A stretch of 58,409 bases of DNA from Bacteroidota bacterium (lineage in GTDB: Bacteria; Bacteroidota; Bacteroidia; Cytophagales; Cyclobacteriaceae). The stretch is from assembly GCA_039192005.1 (NCBI GenBank), contig JBCCXH010000001.1, positions 1-58,409 of the forward strand, given 5' to 3'. Position 1 is the stretch's first letter, and each line of letters starts with the position of its first letter. A program made the position numbers and the translations under genes. Positions 1 to 8,600 of the stretch are shown here, piece after piece. Below the pieces are notes generated by a model, which did no database searches, was not told where the DNA came from, and saw only the letters and a list, made by a program, of their open reading frames with translations.

Positions 1-920
1 ATATTGACCCTCAAAATCAACTGCCAATTCGAAATCAGTCGAAACTCCATAACCATCCTTATCATTATCCAGATATAAGTTTACAAGAGCCTCGCATGGA
101 GTATTTGGAGCCATAAAATGTGTGTCGGGACATCCATCATCCCTATTAGACACATAACCAGTCGGTCGGTGACAGGAGCGAATTATCACTGAAGCATCTC
201 CCAATCCATCTCCATCGGAATCGCCGTACCAAACCGTATTCGCATTCCATATCGAAGCATCTGAATCGTCACAGTCATCCGCATTCAACGACCTCTTGAT
301 TGTTGTTAAGCTTTCTGCAGTGTATCCAGTCCCATTGTAGATATAGTCACCATCAAAATTAATGGCCCAAACAAAATCCGTTGCAACTCCATGACCATCT
401 TTATCATTATCCAGATATAGTTTTACGAGAGCCCCGCATGGAATATTCGGAGCCATAAAATGTATGTCAGGACATCCATCATCTCTATTAGATACATACC
501 CATTTGGTCGGTGGCAGGAGCGAATGGTCACTGAAGCATCTCCGTAACCATCTCCATCGGAATCACCATACCAAACCGTATTTGCATTCCATATTGATGC
601 ATCTGAATCGTCACAGTCACTTGCATTCAACGACCTCTTGATCCTTATTAATTCTTCTGGATAATATCCCACACCATTGTAAATATATTGCCCCTCAAAA
701 TCAACAGCCAATTCAAAATCAGTCGAAACTCCATAACCATCCTTATCATTATCCAGATATAATTTTACAAGAGCCTCGCATGGAATATTTGATGCCATAA
801 AATGTATGTCGGGACATCCATCATCCCTATTAGATACGTAGCCTGATGGCTGAAAGCAAGACCTAAATGTTGAAAAAGGATCACCCAGTCCATCTCCGTC
901 TGCATCCTCGTACCAAAGAC
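1..920. repeat. 342-bp (114-aa) coding tandem repeat, about 2.7 copies visible
   Basis: ATCATTATCCAGATAT recurs at 61, 403 and 745 (period 342), and flanking sequence aligns throughout. Confidence 0.9.
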
Positions 921-1206
921 GTTTCTGCCAAAATGTCGGATTAGTATCGTCGCAATCATCCGCAGGGCCAAGAACCCAACCTGTGTTTGTTTCCCATTGA
1001 TAATCAGGATATCCTCGACCATTGATAATTACCATATCCTCAACAAAGTACACCGTTGTAGAATTAGATGGATCGCCGTGCCCGTCACGGTCTGCATCGC
1101 GATAAGCTGTTGCAGTATACTGCGCACTTAATGAACCAACCAGCAAGAAGCTACACATGGCCAATAGGAAGCGTTTTTTTAATAAATTTTTTAGCATTGA
1201 AAACAT
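1..1206 (-). CDS. 5' part (runs off left edge) of a secreted Cys/Asp-rich repeat protein with MopE-like/DxDGDGxG metal-binding repeats; probable third RHS paralogue
   Basis: Hand translation from ATG at 1206 is open to base 1: MFSMLKNLLKKRFLLAMCSFLLVGSLSAQYTATAYRDADRDGHGDPS...DCDDSDASIWNANTVWYGDSDGDGYGDAS. It has a signal peptide and is absent from the ORF track because there is no stop in the window. Confidence 0.85.
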   Translation of the reverse strand, partial: MFSMLKNLLKKRFLLAMCSFLLVGSLSAQYTATAYRDADRDGHGDPSNSTTVYFVEDMVIINGRGYPDYQWETNTGWVLGPADDCDDTNPTFWQKRLWYEDADGDGLGDPFSTFRSCFQPSGYVSNRDDGCPDIHFMASNIPCEALVKLYLDNDKDGYGVSTDFELAVDFEGQYIYNGVGYYPEELIRIKRSLNASDCDDSDASIWNANTVWYGDSDGDGYGDASVTIRSCHRPNGYVSNRDDGCPDIHFMAPNIPCGALVKLYLDNDKDGHGVATDFVWAINFDGDYIYNGTGYTAESLTTIKRSLNADDCDDSDASIWNANTVWYGDSDGDGLGDASVIIRSCHRPTGYVSNRDDGCPDTHFMAPNTPCEALVNLYLDNDKDGYGVSTDFELAVDFEGQY

Positions 1207-1435
1207 GGAGAAATAGTGAGTTCGTCGTAAAAGTGAAAGGGTGTAACAGAATGAGTCAGGAAACCGGCCTGGTTATTTTAGTGAGACCTGAAAATCTCCA
1301 AATCGCGGATAGGTGAACGTAGTAAAGAATGTATCATGGTAATGATCTTTTAATGTGATAAACTAAATAACGTAGTTATTAACTGCGAATGCAAACCTTT
1401 TACATTACACAGAACTTCACAATCGCTAGTTGTAG

Positions 1436-1680
1436 GGATTTTTTTGATTTTAGAGTGCTTCGATTTAGAGATTGCGGGAGTTGGATTGAGGAGATTGAAA
1501 GATTTGAAAATGGCTTAATTTGAAAATTAGGGATTTTGGATTGAGGGCGATTAAGAGGATTTTAGATTGGGTGAGTGTCGGTTTCTCTTTGCGTCTTTGC
1601 GATCCCTTTGGTACGGGAGAAGCAATCTCGTGATAGGAAGTGACGATTGAGGGGATTGGGGGATTGAGAAAATTCATTGG
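1436..1680 (+). repeat. Degenerate GATT-core short-period repeat tract (left copy)
   Basis: Many GATT units with strong G/T skew. Shares GGAGATTGAARGATTTGAAAA and TTTGAAAATTAGGGATTTTRGATTG with the 4812-4990 tract. Confidence 0.7.
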
Positions 1681-1813
1681 CTGATTAGCTTGCTAAAGAA
1701 GGAAGCCATCTCCTTCTAAAAAATTTCATCTGCATTCGTGTAACTATTATTACTGCAATTACGAATAATATAAAAGTCATATATTTACTGCAATTACGAG
1801 AGATATCATTTTG

Positions 1814-2140
1814 ATGAAGAAAACAAAACTTGGTGAATTCGAGGAGCTGGTCTTGTTGACCGTGATGGCGTTGAGGGAAGAAGCGTATGGTGTCGCCATC
1901 AAACGTGAACTGGAGGAACGGCTGAAGGATACGTTGAGTGTCGGTTCGATCCAGTCTGCCCTGAAACGCATGGAAGAGAAAGGGTTTCTTACCTCCGAAT
2001 GGGGGGAAGCAGAGAAGGTGCGGGGAGGAAAACGTAAGCGCATTTATCAGGCGACCCCTTACGCTGAACAGGTACTAAACGAAGTGAAAGATGTTCGGGC
2101 GGGACTCTGGGCTACGATTATCAAAACGCAAACGATCTGA
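1814..2140 (+). CDS. PadR family transcriptional regulator
   Basis: LGEFEELVLL...AYGVAI...SVGSIQSALKRMEEKGF...GGKRKRIY winged-helix signature; sits directly upstream of an ABC permease. Confidence 0.92.
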   Translation: MKKTKLGEFEELVLLTVMALREEAYGVAIKRELEERLKDTLSVGSIQSALKRMEEKGFLTSEWGEAEKVRGGKRKRIYQATPYAEQVLNEVKDVRAGLWATIIKTQTI

Positions 2141-2141
2141 T

Positions 2142-4811
2142 ATGGGCCTTCCTAATGCTCCAGTCGACCCACCTAAGTGGCCGCTCAAATTGCTTTCTTA
2201 TGTACTTAAAAAAGAGTACGTAGAAGAAATAGCCGGTGATATGATCGAAGAGTTTTACCATCACCAGGCGAAGTTTTCGGTTGGTCGGGCCAAGTACCTC
2301 TACGTACGTGAACTATTGAAAATGCTCCGACCCAACCTAATTAAAAAATTAAGTAGATCTAACCATTTTAACTTCATGGGCACTTTTTCCAATTATTCGA
2401 AAGTTGCGTTTCGCAACATGAAAAAACATCGCACATACTCCACCATTAAAATTGGCGGGTTCGCTATCGGCATTGCCATCAGCCTGCTCATTTGCCTGTT
2501 CGTTATCGATGAGGTGCAGATGGATCAACACCTGAAGGACAAGCCCCTCTACCGGCTGTACATCGATAGCAAAATGCCTGACGAATCGTACAAAAGCGTT
2601 TCTGTGCCTCCTGTCCTTGGCCCCGTACTCAAGGAAGACTATCCTGAACTCAAACACACGGGCCGCATACTCGTATTTGATGGTTTTGGTGAAGCCGGGG
2701 GAAACTTATTTCGACCAGCCAGACAAGATGAACGTGTTTTCGAGGAGCGGTTTGGCTATGCCGACCCTTCTATTTTGACGATGCTGGAGTTTGATATGGT
2801 GTATGGAACGACGAAAACGGCATTGTCTCAACCTTTAAGTATCATTTTATCTAAAACCAAAGCCAACAAATATTTTCCAGGAGAGGACCCAACCGGTCAG
2901 GTCGTATACATCAATGAGAATCAAAAAACACCTTATACCATTGGAGGGGTCTATGAGGATTTGGTCGGAACCCACCTTAGCGACATCGATTTCTTTTTTA
3001 CATTGGTTGGCAAAGCGTTTTGGAAGGGTGAGCAAACTAATTGGTGTTGTTATAATTATGTCACCTACTACGAGCTGAACGAAGGCGTCGAACCGGTACA
3101 GTTCAAATCCAAGCTCAAAAGCATCTACGACCGGTATTTTTTGGCCTACTCCATCGAGGAGGGACACCAGCGGATAGAGGAAGAGCGGGAATTTGTCACG
3201 CTGGGATCGCAGCACGTTTCGGATATCTACCTCTATTCTTCGGATATCTATGATTTTGGCTCATTTGGCGATATCCGGATGGTGAGTATGTTTAGCGCCA
3301 TCGCGATTTTCATCCTGTTGCTGGCCTGTATCAACTTTATCAACCTGACCACGGCAAATAGTGCCCAAAGGTCACGCGAGATAGGTCTACGCAAAGCTGT
3401 CGGGTCTGGTAAGGGCGGCATCCGATCGCAATTTTTAGTGGAGGCACTGATCCTTACCGCAGTATCTGTAGTGATCGGAACGTTTTTAGCATGGCTATGC
3501 ATGCCTTTTTTCAATCAGGTAGCGGATAAGCAGATTGTATTTCCTCACACAAACCCTGTGTTTTACCTCCTGGTTCTGGTCTTTACTTTTTTAATCGGAC
3601 TCGTCTCCGGGGCCTACCCTGCCTTGTATTTATCCAATATCAACACCCTTTCGGTTTTAGGTGGGCAAATGAAGCTCAGTGGAAAAGGTAAAAACAGTTT
3701 TTTGCGTCGTGGCCTGGTCGTTTTTCAATTTATGGTTTCCATGCTGTTGATTTCAGGTGCGTTTATTGTTTACCGACAAATGAGCTTTATTTTAAACAAA
3801 GATCTGGGGTACAATAAAGATCAGGTTCTGATGATTCATGGAGTGGCTACGATGGACGAGCGTTTGGCTGCTTTCAAATCAGAACTGGAAGCTTTACCTG
3901 ATATACAAGGTACAACGATTAGTAATTCACTGCCTGTGGAAGGGACCCACCGAAACGGCAATGGTTTCTGGCTTGCAGGACAAAGAAATGTTGGCAAAAG
4001 GGTTGGAGGACAGTTTTGGCGAGCGGATGAGGACTATTTGAAGACCCTCGGACTGGAACTGGTGGAAGGCCGGATGTTTCGAAATGACCTGGCATCTGAC
4101 TCTAATGCGATTGTGATAAATCAGTCCATGGTGGAACAACTTGGGTTGGAGGATCCTACCAACTCTCGAATCCAAAACTGGGCAGAGTGGCGAGTGGTGG
4201 GCGTCATTAAAGATTTTAACTACGATAACCTCCGGGAAGAGATCCGCCCTTTGGTGTTGGCGAGAACAACAGGCGGAGACATCATCTCCGTGCGATTGAA
4301 AAGTCAGGAGGTTTATCAGGCTTTTGAAAAGATCGAAGCACTGTGGGATCGTTTCAATCCTCACCAGCCCCTTCGGGCAGATTTTCTGGATAAGCGATTT
4401 GAAGTCATGTATAAGGATGTGCAGCGTACACGAACCATTTTTATGGTCTTTGCCATCTTCGGGGTGCTGGTCGCCAGCCTGGGGCTTTTTGGTCTATCCG
4501 TTTATACGGTAGCCGTAAGGAGCAAAGAGATGACCATTCGCAAAGTCTTAGGTGCTTCGCTATCTTCCATCCTTCGTTTGCTGACAGTAGATTATCTAAA
4601 ACTGGTCGTCATCTCTCTGGTGATCGCGATACCTGTCTCCTGGTACCTCGCGGATGAGTGGTTGGCTGCGTTCAGCTATCGAATCGGCTACTTTTGGGAT
4701 GTCTTCATTTACAGCGGACTGTTACTCGTCATTATCGCGCTTGGGGTCGTCAGTTTCCAGTCTTTAAAAGCAGCCCTCAGCAATCCGGCAAACAGTTTGC
4801 GAAGTGAGTAG
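2142..4811 (+). CDS. FtsX/MacB-like duplicated ABC transporter permease with N-terminal prefix domain
   Basis: Two MacB-PCD/FtsX halves (LLACINFINL...RSREIGLRKAVG; RSKEMTIRKVLGAS; C-terminal NPANSLRSE). ATG at 2142, just after the padR stop, is preferred over 2091. Confidence 0.92.
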   Translation: MGLPNAPVDPPKWPLKLLSYVLKKEYVEEIAGDMIEEFYHHQAKFSVGRAKYLYVRELLKMLRPNLIKKLSRSNHFNFMGTFSNYSKVAFRNMKKHRTYSTIKIGGFAIGIAISLLICLFVIDEVQMDQHLKDKPLYRLYIDSKMPDESYKSVSVPPVLGPVLKEDYPELKHTGRILVFDGFGEAGGNLFRPARQDERVFEERFGYADPSILTMLEFDMVYGTTKTALSQPLSIILSKTKANKYFPGEDPTGQVVYINENQKTPYTIGGVYEDLVGTHLSDIDFFFTLVGKAFWKGEQTNWCCYNYVTYYELNEGVEPVQFKSKLKSIYDRYFLAYSIEEGHQRIEEEREFVTLGSQHVSDIYLYSSDIYDFGSFGDIRMVSMFSAIAIFILLLACINFINLTTANSAQRSREIGLRKAVGSGKGGIRSQFLVEALILTAVSVVIGTFLAWLCMPFFNQVADKQIVFPHTNPVFYLLVLVFTFLIGLVSGAYPALYLSNINTLSVLGGQMKLSGKGKNSFLRRGLVVFQFMVSMLLISGAFIVYRQMSFILNKDLGYNKDQVLMIHGVATMDERLAAFKSELEALPDIQGTTISNSLPVEGTHRNGNGFWLAGQRNVGKRVGGQFWRADEDYLKTLGLELVEGRMFRNDLASDSNAIVINQSMVEQLGLEDPTNSRIQNWAEWRVVGVIKDFNYDNLREEIRPLVLARTTGGDIISVRLKSQEVYQAFEKIEALWDRFNPHQPLRADFLDKRFEVMYKDVQRTRTIFMVFAIFGVLVASLGLFGLSVYTVAVRSKEMTIRKVLGASLSSILRLLTVDYLKLVVISLVIAIPVSWYLADEWLAAFSYRIGYFWDVFIYSGLLLVIIALGVVSFQSLKAALSNPANSLRSE

Positions 4812-4990
4812 AGGTTTGGGATTTTTTGATTTTTTCGATTGTAGATTTATTGGATTGGGGGATTTTTTTGATTGACTCGATTGAGGGATTGGAGATTGAA
4901 GGATTTGAAAATTAGGGATTTTAGATTGGGGCGATTGGAGGATTTTTTCGATTGACTCGACTAAGTGATTGGAGATTGAGGGTTCTTTGG
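4812..4990 (+). repeat. Degenerate GATT-core short-period repeat tract (right copy)
   Basis: GATT units; internal direct repeat GATTTTTTYGATTGACTCGA at about 4861 and 4941; matches the 1490-1552 segment. Confidence 0.7.
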
Positions 4991-5058
4991 GTTGGAGTAG
5001 GGGTCCTCTCTGATGGGGAGGATTTAAAACCTTTTTACTTGCATCCGGGCGGCACCAG

Positions 5059-5691
5059 TCATTTAGCTGTTTTTGATAAAAAATAGCGTGTCAGCTTGCC
5101 ATCGGGCCGTTTGGGTCTGATGGCACCGTTTGCGAGTATCATCCAGGCTTCGTCGTCAAAAACCCGTTTTGTATTGACCAAAACCGTAACAAAATTGGCT
5201 TGTTGAGAAGTGACCGTTTTAACTGGAAAGGTCATAGCAGGTGTTGATACCTGATAAGATTCCACTTTATGAAGAGGGATATCCGTAACCCCATACCTAC
5301 TCCCGATTGTGATCGCCGTATCTCCTGAGACCGCTAAAATGGAGTAGTTGACCCGCTCTTTCCCGAAATCCCTCACATCAAAGCGCGTGTGTCCATCGGG
5401 AACCTCCGAAGAAAATGTCTCCATTGATTCCAGAATTCCCTCCTTACTATTATCACTGGTCAGGATCAACTGATTTTTATTAACGCTCCATGTACCTGTG
5501 AGATTAATGTCAATGAATTTCATGCGAAGCTTGTACTCAAAACGATTCCCTTCTCTTAAGCACAGCTCCTCAAAGTGATACCTGTTGCTATGAGACCAAT
5601 TATCTGTATCGTATTTTCCTATGAGCTCACTTTGTCCTTTTAACGTGAAAAAGGCCAATAAGAGCCCAATCAATGTACCCCACTTTCTCAT
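5059..5691 (-). CDS. Exported hypothetical protein, candidate immunity protein of the upstream RHS toxin
   Basis: N-terminal signal peptide (MRKWGTLIGLLLAFFTLKG). Start overlaps the RHS stop (TAATG at 5693-5689). Confidence 0.7.
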   Translation of the reverse strand: MRKWGTLIGLLLAFFTLKGQSELIGKYDTDNWSHSNRYHFEELCLREGNRFEYKLRMKFIDINLTGTWSVNKNQLILTSDNSKEGILESMETFSSEVPDGHTRFDVRDFGKERVNYSILAVSGDTAITIGSRYGVTDIPLHKVESYQVSTPAMTFPVKTVTSQQANFVTVLVNTKRVFDDEAWMILANGAIRPKRPDGKLTRYFLSKTAK

Positions 5692-8600
5692 TACTTACTT
5701 CGGTCATAGTTTTTCCATCCGATCACTACTTCTTTTGAAGTCCCCTGTCTCAACTTCTTTTGAATGGCTTTTCCTTGAGGAGAATTTATGTTTATGGGGC
5801 CATTGGGGAGCTTTTGGTAAGCCTGAGGGGTCATCTTAGCTCCTGTCTGACGTGTCCAGCTATCCGTACGTTTTTCGGCAACCGTACTACCAATGCCACC
5901 GTCTAATAAACGTTCCCTGTTGTAGCCTGCTGTTTCATCTCCAATGTCATACAATGATCCATAGGCACTATTGTCTTTGAAAAGGGATAGGTCTCCGTTT
6001 TCAAACTGAAAACCGTGCAACAACTCGTGACCGATCAACCCAATAGAGGAGGAAGCATTTACGCGGATATCGATTGCACCTGTTTTAGCGTCAAATGAAA
6101 CTCCGGCTCCTTGATCATCCGCATTTTGTACGTGGTAAACCTGTGCAGAAACTTTCATTCGATTGATCTCTGATAGCACGCCTTTTAATGCTTTCACCTT
6201 GCTCTGTACCTGTTTTTTGGAAAACCCCAGCTTATCGTAGTTAAAGTCTTTATTATTCAAAACTGAATTTAAAGCGTCAATTTGTTCATTTACGTTATTC
6301 ACCAGCTTCGCAACGGCACCATTCGCATCAACTATCGTATCCCCGAGAAAATCATAATACATAATAGGGTTGTTCCCCATCCCTGCATATGGGCTGTGGA
6401 ACTCATTGGCTTTCGGGTCAACTTGTTGCCATCTCCCAATTGCAGGATCGTAGCTTCTGAAATCTGCAAGGTAAGTCTCCGTTTCTGGTTGTAATTCCAT
6501 CCCCTGATACTTGTATTTGTTGGGTACAGAAGCAGTTCGGGTATGGCTGTTGAACTGACTTCCGAAGGGGTAGTAGTCCTGGCTACTCACCACCATCGTC
6601 TTCTCGTGGTATACGGTAAAATCATCGAAATAAACGTGGCCCTGCCCTTGATCCTCGTTGGAAAGGTAGGCCAGGATGTAGCCTTCCTGGTTGGCCACAA
6701 AGGGTCTGTCTAGTTCTACCCGCTCAAAGGCATCGGTCTCCCCGGCAGTTTTGCTGATTTGCTGATAACCTGCGGTCACGTAGTGCATTTCTTTGTCAAA
6801 AAAGAGGTAGTTCAAATAGGCCCTCGGTGCCAGGGGTTGAGCATTAGATTTACCCATCATATTTGCGCTGTTAAGGGCCTCATTAAACTCATTCACGGAG
6901 CACGAAATACCTTCTATGTCTCCAAATGCCTCATCAAAACTGGAAAACAGGGCATGGTAGGCCATTGGTAAGAAGGCATGCTCATCAGCGTTGGTTTCGT
7001 AACTGGCATAAACGCTGAGGTTGACGACATCACCTTTGTTGAGGCGCAATAATGTCATGGCACTGGTCTCTTGTCTAGCGACTGCGCTTACGTACGATCC
7101 TCCTGTGGTACGATTGGCCGTTCGTCGGTTGTGTCTTTTTAAATCGGTGAAGTCACTCTGGTCATCTTCAAAGTCCTCGACCATCTCATATTTTTCCGGC
7201 ATGGTAGAGTAGGTGACCCTTACATTACCGAGGTGGTCGGTGAGGTGGTACTGGTAGTCAAATGTTTCAATAGGCTGAGCATGGCCTCCTGATCCATATT
7301 TGGGAACAATACGGCCTTCTTCGTGCTGGATCAGCTGTAGGCGCGGTCCATCTCCTTCGTGCAGGTCTTCGTAGTGTAATTCGCCGATGTAGTGAGTCGT
7401 CCTTATCGGAATTCCACTTTCATGTAATGTTTGGCTCAGCTTGATCCCGGCTGCATCGTAGCGGTAGGTGATTTTGTCTACCTCTCCCTGACTCCTTGAT
7501 GAAAAGCTGATCTCAACCGGGAGGTTTAGGTGGTTGTATTTGATCCGGTCGATCCCCTTATTGGCATCACTGATCGTATTGCCGTTTTCATCGTAGGCAT
7601 AGTCATTGCCTGATGTGTTGCCATCGTAAAACCCGTCGGCATCTCCAGATGCATCCTGAACTCCTAACAAGCGGTTGCCATCGTATTGGTAGCTTAGGTT
7701 ATCCATAAGAGTGGTTGTACTTTCAGCCTTTCGCTTTAGGTGTTGGATGTTTCCATTTAGGTCATACGACACCCCGGTCAGCCCAAATTTTGATGTTTCG
7801 GCTCCGTTTTCAAAATGACGGGCATCTGTCAGCCGGTTGAGTGGATCGTAGGCAAAGTTGTAGGATCGGTAATCATGGGTGCCTGTCCCTTGTGAATCAC
7901 TCCATTGCATGGCAGCAATGTTGCCATTAAAGTGGGTATTGGCCGGTTCTAACGGGTTGGTATCGTAATACAGCTCCATCCCGAACAGGTCCCGGTTGGG
8001 TTCGCTGTCGTCCGATCGTCGGCTGTCATTGATGGAGGTCAGCCAGCCTTGCATGTTGTAGGTATAATCAAGGGATTGGGAAAACTCTCCCTTTAGTGCC
8101 CCTATGGGATCAAACATGTGGAGTTCTTTTTCAATAAGTTCTCCTAACTCATTATACGCATTATGGGCAAGTAGTACTTCTCCCTGATTGTTCACCTCAT
8201 GCCACGTATTGATGAGCCGGTCTCCGTGGTCGTACTCCATCCGCCTTTTGATGGTCATCGTTTTTCCATAGACGAGGTGTTGGGTTTGTGTTTTTCGTAG
8301 CTTGCCTGTAAAGTCGTATTGGTTGCTAACGATGTCTGTCCCGCCGAGGTGATTCTGCGTCACGGTCTGTATGGGTAGGTCGTTCTCATCGTAGTAAATA
8401 ATAGAAGCGACCCCATCTTTTTCTCCTGTATTGATCATTGACCCGGTGACTTGCCCTTTGGCGAAAGTCTTAAGGACAGGTACCACGTGGTGTACACTTC
8501 CTGTCGTATAAACGGGTTGGAAAGCTGTCCCTTTCAACCCTGTTTTCGCTACAAAGCGGTAGTCATCGTAATAGGTGACTGTCAACACATCTCCTAGCCT

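Noticed and set aside
1-920. Possible CRISPR or DGR-type repeat
   Set aside because: The repeats are 342-bp in-frame coding units with codon-type divergence. There are no spacers, no cas or reverse transcriptase gene and no adenine-specific variation.
765-1316. ORF-track entries 765-1022 (-) and 1068-1316 (+)
   Set aside because: They are off-frame or antisense shadows of the real 1-1206 minus-strand gene.
1465-1677. 70-aa ORF
   Set aside because: It is a translation of the low-complexity GATT tract.
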